A DNA stretch of 64,000 bases, taken from an uncultured Eubacteriales bacterium. GTDB taxonomy: Bacteria > Bacillota > Clostridia > Monoglobales > Monoglobaceae. The notes beneath the pieces are model-generated. The model saw nothing but the letters and a program-made list of their open reading frames with translations, did not search any database and was not told the origin of the DNA. This document shows, piece by piece, positions 38,873-47,814 of the stretch. The position numbers and the translations under genes were made by a program. Position 1 is the first letter of the stretch. Each line of letters opens with the position of its first letter. The DNA lies in the NCBI GenBank assembly GCA_905198865.1, contig CAJKEB010000004.1, forward strand, positions 2,117 to 66,116, in the 5' to 3' direction.

Positions 38873-39871
38873 CTATTCCTGATTCTGTGCCTGAACGCAA
38901 GTAATAGCAACAACGCCTGCTATATCCTCAGCACTGCATCCTCTTGACAAGTCGTTAACCGGCTTAGCCATACCCTGTGTCATCGGACCGTAAGCCTCAG
39001 CTTTTGCAAGACGCTGAACCAGCTTATAACCGATATTACCGGCGTCAAGGTTCGGGAAAATAAGTACGTTAGCCTGACCTGCAACATCGCTGTCAGGAGC
39101 CTTAAGAGCGGCAACGCTCGGTACAATAGCAGCATCAAGCTGAAGTTCGCCGTCAAGCTTAATATCCGGTGCGATTTCCTTTGCTTTCTCGGCTGCGTTT
39201 CTGACCAAATCAACCTGCTCAGATTTTGCACTGCCGTATGTAGAATATGAGAGCATAGCAACCTTCGGCTCTCCGCCAACAAGGCTCTTATACGATTTTG
39301 ACGAAGAAACTGCTATTTCAGCCAATTTGTCTGAGTCGGGATATTCATTAAGACCGCAGTCAGAAAATACGAAAGTACCGTTATTGCCGTATTCACAATC
39401 AGGAACCATCATCAGGAAGAATGCAGAAACAACTTTTGTTCCCGGTGCTGTCTTAATTGTTTGCAAAGACGCACGCATAACATCGGCGGTAGCATGTACA
39501 GCTCCGGCAACCATGCCGTCGGCTCTGCCTGTTTTAACAAGCATACATCCAAAGTAAAGCACGTCCTTAACCTTCTTAAGCGCTTCATCAGGAACCATGC
39601 CCTTCTTTTTTCTGAGTTCATACAGACCGTTTCCGAGTTCAGCAGTAAGCTCGCTTGTTTCGGGATTAATAATCGTAGCGCCGGAAATATCAACACCGTC
39701 TGCAACCGACTTGATTTTATCTTCATTACCAAGAAGTATGATGTTTGCATAGCCTTCCTTAAGAATTTGAGCGGCAGCATCAATAGTTCTGCGCTCTTCG
39801 CCCTCTGCCAGTACAATAGTTTTCTTATCAGCAGCGGCAAGTTCCTTAATTTTGTCCATAAATTTTGACAT
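38873..39871 (-). CDS. pta: Phosphate acetyltransferase
   Basis: AMLSYST.GS, DGELQLDAA, FPNLDAGNIGYK, NDLSRGC. Confidence 0.97.
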   Translation of the reverse strand: MSKFMDKIKELAAADKKTIVLAEGEERRTIDAAAQILKEGYANIILLGNEDKIKSVADGVDISGATIINPETSELTAELGNGLYELRKKKGMVPDEALKKVKDVLYFGCMLVKTGRADGMVAGAVHATADVMRASLQTIKTAPGTKVVSAFFLMMVPDCEYGNNGTFVFSDCGLNEYPDSDKLAEIAVSSSKSYKSLVGGEPKVAMLSYSTYGSAKSEQVDLVRNAAEKAKEIAPDIKLDGELQLDAAIVPSVAALKAPDSDVAGQANVLIFPNLDAGNIGYKLVQRLAKAEAYGPMTQGMAKPVNDLSRGCSAEDIAGVVAITCVQAQNQE

Positions 39872-40009
39872 TATGTTTACCTCGCTTAATATATGTAATA
39901 TAATTATTTTTTCAAAGCAATTTTATAACCGAAATTTATTCAATTCAAAACACAAAAAAATATACATAAAAAGCTTATGTTTTTAGTTTTTTTGATACTT
40001 AACGATAAT

Positions 40010-40038
40010 ATTATACACCTAAGACATAATGATTTCAA
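40010..40038 (-). promoter_or_regulatory. SigA promoter of pta-ackA
   Basis: TTGAAA-17-TATAAT. Confidence 0.6.
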
Positions 40039-40119
40039 GTATAATTTCCCAATATTTTAAAAATTTTTTTAATAAAATATTAAATGATTTTTAATACAAA
40101 ATTAAATCAAATTAAAAGT

Positions 40120-40148
40120 TTGACACATTATATAAAACATAATATAAT
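40120..40148 (+). promoter_or_regulatory. SigA promoter of tmcAL
   Basis: TTGACA-17-TATAAT. Confidence 0.75.
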
Positions 40149-40191
40149 AATATAAATTGAATTGATAGGAATTATAATAGGGGCGATAAGA

Positions 40192-41328
40192 ATGAATATC
40201 TGCGGTATTGTTTGCGAGTATAATCCGTTTCACAACGGACACTTGTATCAAATAGAAACTTTAAAAAAAGAATTAGGCTTTGACGCTGTTGTCGGCATAA
40301 TGAGCGGTAACTGGGTTCAGCGAGGCGACGCTGCGATATTTGATAAGCACGTCCGTGCAAAAGCTGCAATAATGAACGGTATGGATCTTGTTATTGAGCT
40401 GCCGGCAGTACACGCAATGCAATCTGCTGAAATCTTTGCAAGAAACGCAGTATATATTCTGAACTCTCTCGGCAACATCAGCTCAATAGCTTTCGGCTCA
40501 GAAACAGATAATATCAATATGCTGATAGAAATCGCAAAGCTTCTTATCAAAGAACCGATAATGTTCAAAAACATCATTCGGAGTGAAATGAAGCAAGGAG
40601 TGCCTTATTTCATGGCACGTTCTGATGCAATAGGAAATTTGCTTGGAAGAAAACACAAAGAAGCCGCAGCTTTGCCGAATAATATACTTGGAATTGAGTA
40701 TATTAAGGCATTGATTAATTTAAACAGTCCAATAAGCCCAATTGCAATTAAGCGTCACGGCGCAGGACATGATGAATACAATATTCTTAATAATATAACA
40801 AGCGCTACGTCTGTAAGAAATATGATAAGGAAAAAAAGCAATGATTTCCGCACATGCGTTCCCGATAATTGCTTGAATCTGTACAATAAAGCTGCTGTGC
40901 ATGATATATCAAAGCTTGATATTGCTGTTTTGTCGCATTTTATTAAGGCATCGCCCTCTGAGATAAAAAACACTCCCGATGTCTCTGAGGGACTTGAAAA
41001 TAAAATTATAAGGTCGGCAAAAGCAACAAAAAGCATAGCAGAGCTTTGTGATACTATAAAGTCAAAAAGATATGCGCATAGCCGAATACGCAGAATTGTG
41101 CTGAATTCTTTCCTCGGAATCACTAAAAACGACTTAACGACTACGCCAAAATATGTAAAGGTGTTAAACTTTACAGAGGTCGGTCAAAAAGTGCTGCATA
41201 AGTCTAAAACAACGTGTTTACTGCCTATTGGCAAAAGCAGAAATATTGTAAAGGGAAATCACTTTGCAGAACGTATCTGGGACAGAGAACTTGCTTTTGA
41301 CAAAATATACGAACTTTCAGAGCTTTAA
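40192..41328 (+). CDS. tmcAL: tRNA(Met) cytidine acetate ligase TmcAL (YlbM)
   Basis: EYNPFHNGH, MSGNWVQRG, FGSE, PNNILGIEY, SATSVR, KSKRY..SRIRR. Confidence 0.9.
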   Translation: MNICGIVCEYNPFHNGHLYQIETLKKELGFDAVVGIMSGNWVQRGDAAIFDKHVRAKAAIMNGMDLVIELPAVHAMQSAEIFARNAVYILNSLGNISSIAFGSETDNINMLIEIAKLLIKEPIMFKNIIRSEMKQGVPYFMARSDAIGNLLGRKHKEAAALPNNILGIEYIKALINLNSPISPIAIKRHGAGHDEYNILNNITSATSVRNMIRKKSNDFRTCVPDNCLNLYNKAAVHDISKLDIAVLSHFIKASPSEIKNTPDVSEGLENKIIRSAKATKSIAELCDTIKSKRYAHSRIRRIVLNSFLGITKNDLTTTPKYVKVLNFTEVGQKVLHKSKTTCLLPIGKSRNIVKGNHFAERIWDRELAFDKIYELSEL

Positions 41329-41329
41329 A

Positions 41330-43222
41330 TTAATCAATCTTTATATACACGCCGTTTTTTGTGATTGTATATGTTTTTGTATCAACGGACTTTTCGCCGT
41401 GTGCGGATATTGTCAGTGTATGAACACCGTCAGGTATTAAATTTGAATATATGTTTGTCTTAAATGGTATTTGCGTTTGTGTATCAATAACAGCTCCGTC
41501 TAAGATATATTCTACAAAATCCGTATATTCTTCCGGCTGATATACATATCCGTATATCGGAATAATCGTATTTGAACTGTATAGTCTTCCGTCGTCTGCT
41601 TTAACAAAAGCGAATTTCGGTGTTTCATTATAGTTAAGCAGATACTGTCCGTTTTGCATTGCTTCTTCCATTATTGCTTGATAATTTGGCTTTGGCGCCA
41701 GATCAAAGCCGATTACCTCTGTTTCCATATCGTGATTAAAGTACACTATGCTTTTAAGCTGCGGATAACGCATTGCAGAATACCAGTACATATTTCTCAA
41801 TCTTGTTTCGCCCCATCTGTCATCAAATCCCGATGTCTGGTACGATACTCTTGAAACCACGCCTCCTTCGCTGATAGCGAGTGGCTTGTTAATATTATTT
41901 TCAGACATAAAGTTTGTGATATATTTAAGTGAATTTGTTGTATAACCAAACTCTCCTAAAGTAAAGTATATCTGGGCTTCTCGCGATGTTACAACTTCCG
42001 GATTGTCTTGAAATAAAAGGCTGCCTAAAAAGTCTTTTTTTGAAAAAGATGACACACCGATCCAGTCAACATATTCATCGCCCGGATAATAATACCAGAA
42101 CGGTCTGTCAAGCGAGCCGTTATCATTCGGCGACCACATAATCGCAAAGTTCGGATAATCACTGTGAATTATATCTGCAATTTTACGGAACGCTTTAACA
42201 TATGCAGCCGGTGAATCGCCCAAATTTCCTATATTCATTTCTGCACCAAACCTAATAATTGTTGGCTTGCTGTACTTTGCAATATTGTCAAGCGTTTCTT
42301 TTATATACTCATTATTTTCATCATCAAGAACCAGATTAATATCCACAACGTTCCAAGGAACCTGGTTTAAGCAATCTTTTTCCGGAATTATATAGCTGCT
42401 TGGTTTGTTTAAATCTGTTTGAAATTCATCAAATTCAAGATAAGAAGAATATACACCAAAATCATGATGAAATACTTCAGGCTTGCCAATCTCAGGATCT
42501 CCGTTTCCATCGCTCACGATACCGCTGTATACTCCGCTGCGCGGTTCGAACTTAGCGCCGTAATAAACAGCTTCCTCCGGCTCCCCCTCTGTATATATGT
42601 CTATTTCTGTACTGTTTACGACAGCTTCCATTTCGTTGAGCAAAGCCGCCCAGTCGTTTACACAAAATCTAAAGTTATTTATTTCAAATGTATTTGTTTC
42701 AGTGTTGTAGCCGCCGTTCATATTGTAATCCGACCAACCCCACCAAACATTATATTCATCTGTTAAAGCAACAAGCTCATCTATACTTATGCACGCATAA
42801 CCGTCAAGAGAGTAAGCGTCAATTTTTATACCGTTTATTCTTGTATCTAATGCTGACATAACAGCCTTATAATCTGTACACCCAATACGCTGCGGAGACG
42901 GTGTGCCTTCAATATATGATGTCGACCTTAGGTTTAACACATTATTTTCGGTGTCGTAATTCATTTCAAAACCGTAACGGGTCATATCGTCCATTGAGAT
43001 GAGTATTTTATCATCACAAAAATAACCCTGCATATAATATCCGTCAAAAATAATCGGCATATATGATAGAGAATATGTACCGTTATAATCAGATTTCGCT
43101 TTCACATTGTTATCGGAGGAATAAAGAACAAGCGTTAAAGCTAAAGATACGCAAACTACAAATACTGAACTTATAAAAATTAAATGGCTTGATTTTATTG
43201 CTCTCTTTTTTCTGTAATCCAT
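41330..43222 (-). CDS. Membrane-anchored or secreted GH26-like glycoside hydrolase with C-terminal Ig-like domain
   Basis: N-terminal TM helix; IRFGAEMN (acid/base), WSPN, YYPGDEYVDWIGVS, KPLAISEGG (nucleophile); DGVHTLTI; ATG 43222 after GGAGGA. Confidence 0.75.
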   Translation of the reverse strand: MDYRKKRAIKSSHLIFISSVFVVCVSLALTLVLYSSDNNVKAKSDYNGTYSLSYMPIIFDGYYMQGYFCDDKILISMDDMTRYGFEMNYDTENNVLNLRSTSYIEGTPSPQRIGCTDYKAVMSALDTRINGIKIDAYSLDGYACISIDELVALTDEYNVWWGWSDYNMNGGYNTETNTFEINNFRFCVNDWAALLNEMEAVVNSTEIDIYTEGEPEEAVYYGAKFEPRSGVYSGIVSDGNGDPEIGKPEVFHHDFGVYSSYLEFDEFQTDLNKPSSYIIPEKDCLNQVPWNVVDINLVLDDENNEYIKETLDNIAKYSKPTIIRFGAEMNIGNLGDSPAAYVKAFRKIADIIHSDYPNFAIMWSPNDNGSLDRPFWYYYPGDEYVDWIGVSSFSKKDFLGSLLFQDNPEVVTSREAQIYFTLGEFGYTTNSLKYITNFMSENNINKPLAISEGGVVSRVSYQTSGFDDRWGETRLRNMYWYSAMRYPQLKSIVYFNHDMETEVIGFDLAPKPNYQAIMEEAMQNGQYLLNYNETPKFAFVKADDGRLYSSNTIIPIYGYVYQPEEYTDFVEYILDGAVIDTQTQIPFKTNIYSNLIPDGVHTLTISAHGEKSVDTKTYTITKNGVYIKID

Positions 43223-43311
43223 ATATATCCTCCATTCATTTTTTACGATTAATGAATTAGACAGCAAAATAAAGCAAAAAGTTCCATAATTATCAGCTTT
43301 TTGGGAAAAAT

Positions 43312-44106
43312 TTACTTACTATGTTTAAAAAGAGTGCCTACCGACTGTCCGTTTATTATTCTATACAAATTTTCAGGTTTTGAGCCGTTTGTCAAAATCA
43401 TATCGATACCGTTATCATTAACGAATTTCGCAGCTTTAAGTTTCGTTTTCATGCCACCAGTTCCACGGCTTGTTCCTTCAGCACCTGCACACGCTTTAAG
43501 CTCATCTGTAATTTCGTTCACAATAGGAATTACCTTTGCCTCTTTATTAATTCTCGGATCTGAGTCATAAAAACCGTCAATATCCGATAATATTACAAGC
43601 AAATCTGCTCTGACCAGCTCCGCAACATATGCAGAAAGAGTATCGTTATCACCAAATTCAATCTCATATGTTGAGATTACATCGTTTTCATTAACAATCG
43701 GTATTACGCCGAGTGAAATCATAGCGTCAAAAGCACGTCTTGCACAGTTATAGCGTGTTTCCTCGTCAAGTATGAATTTCGTGAGAAGTACCTGGCCCGT
43801 ACTGTAACCATATTCCTTAAAGATTTTATCATATATAGATACAAGACTCGCCTGACCTATTGCGGCAAGAGCCTGCTGCATACGAACAGATTCAGGCTTT
43901 TCTTTTAGTCCGAGTTTTCCGACTCCGACTCCGATTGCACCGCTTGATACAAGAACAATCTCATGTCCCATATTCTTAATATCAGATATAACCCGAACAA
44001 GCTTTTCAATGCGTTCAAGATTGAGCTTGCCGCTGCCGTGTGTCAGTGTTGATGTACCTACCTTTACGACATAGCGCTTTGTACGTTTATTACTCAGTAT
44101 ACTCAT
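43312..44106 (-). CDS. proB: Glutamate 5-kinase (short form, no PUA domain)
   Basis: VVKVGTSTL, VSSGA, QALAAIGQ, NEND, FGDND.LSA, GTGGM.TK. Confidence 0.94.
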   Translation of the reverse strand: MSILSNKRTKRYVVKVGTSTLTHGSGKLNLERIEKLVRVISDIKNMGHEIVLVSSGAIGVGVGKLGLKEKPESVRMQQALAAIGQASLVSIYDKIFKEYGYSTGQVLLTKFILDEETRYNCARRAFDAMISLGVIPIVNENDVISTYEIEFGDNDTLSAYVAELVRADLLVILSDIDGFYDSDPRINKEAKVIPIVNEITDELKACAGAEGTSRGTGGMKTKLKAAKFVNDNGIDMILTNGSKPENLYRIINGQSVGTLFKHSK

Positions 44107-44152
44107 TGTGTTCATTTCCTTTATCAATAATAGTCAAAATTTTAACTAATAC

Positions 44153-44234
44153 ATTATAGCATAAAATCCAATTTTGTCAATCCTGTACTAATTTCAAAAA
44201 TAATATTGGCAATTGAACAAAAATAGTGTATAAT
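44153..44234. promoter_or_regulatory. Divergent SigA promoters of proB and dusB
   Basis: Minus: TTGACA-16-TATAAT (44180-44153). Plus: TTGGCA-17-TATAAT (44206-44234). Confidence 0.6.
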
Positions 44235-44258
44235 CTAATCTATTACAGGAGAATTATT

Positions 44259-45242
44259 ATGAGTTTAAGAATTGGAAATAAGATATTAAAGAATAATATT
44301 ATACTCGCACCAATGGCAGGTGTTACAGATAAGGCATTCAGGCTGATTACAAAGCCGTTCGGACCGTCGCTTATGTATACTGAAATGGTATCCGGCAAAG
44401 GATTGTTGTATAAAAACAAAAAGACGCAGGTATTGCTCGAAGTTCTTGACGAAGAAAAGCCTACAGCAGCTCAGATTTTCGGTCATGAACCTGATGTCAT
44501 GGCACGAATAGCCGAGGGAGCTCTTTCATACGGCGCTGAATTCATTGATATTAACATGGGTTGTCCCGCGCCGAAAATTGTAAACAACGGCGACGGCAGC
44601 GCGCTTATGAAAAACCCTGAACTTGCATCAAAAATAATCAAAGCTGTAAAAAATGCGGTAGATGTTCCCGTAACCGTAAAGTTCAGAGCAGGCTGGGACA
44701 GCAATACAATCAATGCTATTGAGTTTGCAAAAATGGCAGAAAGCAGCGGCGCTGATGCTGTAACTGTTCACGGACGTACAAGAGAACAGTTTTATTCCGG
44801 AAAAGCTGACCTTGAAATCATAAAACAGGTTAAACAGTCTGTAAATATTCCCGTTATCGGCAACGGTGATATAAACAGTGGAGCTTCTGCAAAGAAAATG
44901 CTTGAGTATACATCTTGTGACGGTATCATGATTGGCAGAGCGGCACAGGGTAATCCGTGGATTTTTAAAGAAATTACTGAGTATATAGAAAACGGACGTG
45001 TTCTTCCTTTGCCTTCACTGCATGAACGCTGCTCAGTAGCTGAAAAACATCTGAAAATGCTTGTAGAATTCAAAGGTGAGCACCGAGGTATACTTGAAGG
45101 CCGCAAGCATATGGCTTGGTATTTCAAAGGAATAAGCGGCGGCGCTAAGCTGCGCAATAAAATAAATCAGTGCTGTACCTTAGATGAAATGTTAAACACA
45201 ATCTCGTACGAGCATCTGTCAGTATATGATAATACAGATTAG
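44259..45242 (+). CDS. dusB: tRNA-dihydrouridine synthase B
   Basis: LAPMAGVTD, TEMVS, DINMGCP, HGRTR, GNGD, IGRAAQGNPWIF. Confidence 0.94.
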   Translation: MSLRIGNKILKNNIILAPMAGVTDKAFRLITKPFGPSLMYTEMVSGKGLLYKNKKTQVLLEVLDEEKPTAAQIFGHEPDVMARIAEGALSYGAEFIDINMGCPAPKIVNNGDGSALMKNPELASKIIKAVKNAVDVPVTVKFRAGWDSNTINAIEFAKMAESSGADAVTVHGRTREQFYSGKADLEIIKQVKQSVNIPVIGNGDINSGASAKKMLEYTSCDGIMIGRAAQGNPWIFKEITEYIENGRVLPLPSLHERCSVAEKHLKMLVEFKGEHRGILEGRKHMAWYFKGISGGAKLRNKINQCCTLDEMLNTISYEHLSVYDNTD

Positions 45243-45244
45243 TA

Positions 45245-45511
45245 TTACAAAATGCTGATAATAAACCCAAGGACAATAATCCCCGGCACGCCAAGTACGC
45301 CTACAGTCAGCGCATTAAACGGGTTAATTGGAAAATGAAATCCAGTTTTTATTAAAATGAGGTTCAGTACAAACAAAGCCAGTCCGCCTATAACACAGCT
45401 GATAATCAAGCGTATTATCCAAGCTAAAGGTTTATGAAATATCTTGAAAAGCGCTATCGGTATAAGCAGACATATTATATACAGTAAAATAGTTTTAATA
45501 TCAAAAGACAT
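45245..45511 (-). CDS. bofA: Pro-sigmaK processing inhibitor BofA family
   Basis: Hydrophobic ~88 aa with PINPFNALTVGVLGVPG; SigE promoter upstream. Confidence 0.82.
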   Translation of the reverse strand: MSFDIKTILLYIICLLIPIALFKIFHKPLAWIIRLIISCVIGGLALFVLNLILIKTGFHFPINPFNALTVGVLGVPGIIVLGFIISIL

Positions 45512-45545
45512 ATTTATCAACTCCGTAGTGTTTTGCTGTTATAAT

Positions 45546-45575
45546 AATATATGTCCTTCGATTGCGGCATATGAC
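45546..45575 (-). promoter_or_regulatory. SigE promoter of bofA
   Basis: GTCATATG-N14-CATATATT, matching the SigE consensus and spacing. Confidence 0.7.
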
Positions 45576-45583
45576 TTAATTTC

Positions 45584-45614
45584 AAAAATGCCCCGGACAA
45601 TTCCGGGGCATTTT
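45584..45614 (-). terminator. Intrinsic terminator of the hisD-hisB-HAD-fumarase beta unit
   Basis: AAAATGCCCCGGA-4-TCCGGGGCATTTT. Confidence 0.8.
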
Positions 45615-45618
45615 ACTG

Positions 45619-46149
45619 TTATCTTTGCTTGTATAAGTTATTCCCGTCAGAATCAATAATTACAACTGCCGGAAAGTCTTTTACGGTCAAACGTCTCACC
45701 GCTTCTGTTCCGAGGTCGTCATACGCTATAACCTCGGCAGATGTAATGCTCTTTGCAATCAAAGCGCCGGCGCCGCCGATAGCTCCGAAGTATATAGCTC
45801 CGCACTCTGTCATAGCATTAACAACATCGTCTGTGCGCTCGCCCTTGCCAATCATTCCAGTAAGTCCCAGACGTATAAGGGTTGGTGCGTATGCGTCCAT
45901 TCTCCCGCTTGTTGTAGGACCGCATGAACCAATGACTTGTCCGGGCTTTGCCGGAGTCGGGCCTGCATAATATATAATCTTATCTTTAATCTCAAACGGA
46001 AGAGCTTCGCCTTTTTGGAGCTGCTCAATCATTCGTTTGTGCGCAGCGTCTCTGGCTGTGTAAATCTCTCCTGATATAAGTACACTGTCGCCGCATTTTA
46101 AGCTTTTAACTTTATCTAAAGTGAGCGGTGTTTCAATCTTTATTGGCAT
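45619..46149 (-). CDS. Fe-S hydro-lyase beta subunit (fumarate hydratase / tartrate dehydratase beta type)
   Basis: YTARDAAHKR, YYAGP, GPTTSGRMD, MIGKG, DLGTEA. Confidence 0.9.
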   Translation of the reverse strand: MPIKIETPLTLDKVKSLKCGDSVLISGEIYTARDAAHKRMIEQLQKGEALPFEIKDKIIYYAGPTPAKPGQVIGSCGPTTSGRMDAYAPTLIRLGLTGMIGKGERTDDVVNAMTECGAIYFGAIGGAGALIAKSITSAEVIAYDDLGTEAVRRLTVKDFPAVVIIDSDGNNLYKQR

Positions 46150-46172
46150 TTCACTTTCTCCTGTAAACTTTT

Positions 46173-47183
46173 TTAGTTATTCATCATTCCGGTAATATCA
46201 TCAAAAATATAATCCGCATTCATGCTAAGAAAATACTTTTCAGCGGATATTCTGTCAACTCCGGTCAGAACGCCGATAAACGGCATTTTTGCAGCTTTCG
46301 CCGCCATTATATCACTCGGTGCGTCACCAACGACTGCAATTTGCTTTACTAAGTTCTTATCATACTTATTTTGAACGATATCGCTGTTGCTCAAAGTTCC
46401 GCCAAAAGCTGACTTCAAAAATACAAACGGATCAGGCTTTGCGAGAGGCTTATCAGGCTGAACCTCTTTTTCAGCCTCCAAAACCTCGTCATATGTAACA
46501 ATCATGTCCGGTTCAAAATACTCGCTAAGACCCCATGCGTTTATCGGGAACATAATTTCATCTTTTGGTCTGCCGGTGCCTATGCCAAGCTTTAGTCCGC
46601 AGTCTTTAAGATATTCAAGAGTTTGCTTAATCTTATCTATGCTTAGTATTGGTTCTTCAAGCTCGTTGAGACCTTTGATTTCGCCATCGCCGTGGAACCA
46701 TTTCTGGAAGCAGTCATGAAGTCTGTCCCATACCTCGCTGTTTCCCCTTTTAAAGTATTCAGCGTCATGACCTGTCGCAACAGCTGCAAGTCCGCCGACC
46801 AGATCATATACCTCAGGTGACTTTGCCTCAATGTTTTCAATAAACATTCTGACAGATTCAAAGTGCCACTCATCAAGAGAGTTAAGCTCCGGGTCAATAT
46901 ATCGTGAGACACAGAAAACAATATACGCCAAATCCCAGTTTGTATTGACACCAAGATTTTTGACTGCCTTTATTGTCTTATCGCCGGAAAAAATAATTCT
47001 GTGAAGCTCTTTATAATTATCTCTGCACCATTCTCTATCAATTTCCGAGCGACCAAACTGCTTGTAGCTAAGCAGCAGCTCATATACAGTCAGCGCCGCT
47101 GTATCCCAATAAATATATTCTCCGGTTATAACGCCGTCCATATCAAATATTATTTTATCAAACTTACTCGGCTGAAATTTCAT
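46173..47183 (-). CDS. HAD-superfamily phosphatase with a large helical cap
   Basis: FDMDGV (motif I), GTGR (II), KPDP (III), VGDAPSD (IV); ATG 47183 overlaps the hisB end by 20 nt. Confidence 0.82.
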   Translation of the reverse strand: MKFQPSKFDKIIFDMDGVITGEYIYWDTAALTVYELLLSYKQFGRSEIDREWCRDNYKELHRIIFSGDKTIKAVKNLGVNTNWDLAYIVFCVSRYIDPELNSLDEWHFESVRMFIENIEAKSPEVYDLVGGLAAVATGHDAEYFKRGNSEVWDRLHDCFQKWFHGDGEIKGLNELEEPILSIDKIKQTLEYLKDCGLKLGIGTGRPKDEIMFPINAWGLSEYFEPDMIVTYDEVLEAEKEVQPDKPLAKPDPFVFLKSAFGGTLSNSDIVQNKYDKNLVKQIAVVGDAPSDIMAAKAAKMPFIGVLTGVDRISAEKYFLSMNADYIFDDITGMMNN

Positions 47184-47784
47184 ATACAACCTTTCCCGCA
47201 ACACCTGAGGTAAGACCTTCGCGAGTTTTATCAACGCTTAAGGCTTGTCCGAGTGCGATTCCTACAGCTCTGTAAACAGCTTCCCATATGTGGTGTCCGT
47301 TTTCGCCGCGCCGTAAATTGACCTGCAAAGTACATCTTGCTCCCTGTGCAAATCCGTCCAGAAATGTGAGCAGTTCTTCTGACGGCATGCCTTCAACAGT
47401 TTCTGCGTACTTAACAGAGGTATCAAACACAAACAAAGATCTGTCCTCAAAAGAGATTACTGCATCAGCTGCTGCTTCGTCAATAATCCCTGTTGCAAAG
47501 CCGTAGCCTGAAGGTGTGTTTAATCTTACATACTCACCGACAGCCTTTCCGAGCGTCATAGCAACATCTTCACACACCAGGTGACAAAGCTCGAACTCAT
47601 CAAAGCTCAGTTCAATATCAATGTTGAGCGAAGCGCGCCATGCAATGTGTTCAATCATGTGATTGAGAAAAGGTAACGGTGTGCGTATTTTCTTTCTGTA
47701 GTCAGGCGCAAGCTCGCCTTTGTTTATACTGACCTTTATTTCAGTTTCGCTTGTTTTTCGTCTTACGGTTATTTTATTATTCAT
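47164..47784 (-). CDS. hisB: Divergent imidazoleglycerol-phosphate dehydratase-like protein
   Basis: RKTSETEI, FLNHMI, NGHHIWEA; first HHxxED motif altered to HLVCED. Confidence 0.7.
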   Translation of the reverse strand: MNNKITVRRKTSETEIKVSINKGELAPDYRKKIRTPLPFLNHMIEHIAWRASLNIDIELSFDEFELCHLVCEDVAMTLGKAVGEYVRLNTPSGYGFATGIIDEAAADAVISFEDRSLFVFDTSVKYAETVEGMPSEELLTFLDGFAQGARCTLQVNLRRGENGHHIWEAVYRAVGIALGQALSVDKTREGLTSGVAGKVVYEISAE

Positions 47785-47814
47785 TAAATGTCACCCTAAT
47801 AAAAAGATTTTATA

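Noticed and set aside
39872..40190. Very AT-rich gap as foreign DNA or ncRNA
   Set aside because: Explained by the divergent pta and tmcAL promoters. The pta-ackA / tmcAL arrangement is a familiar clostridial synteny.
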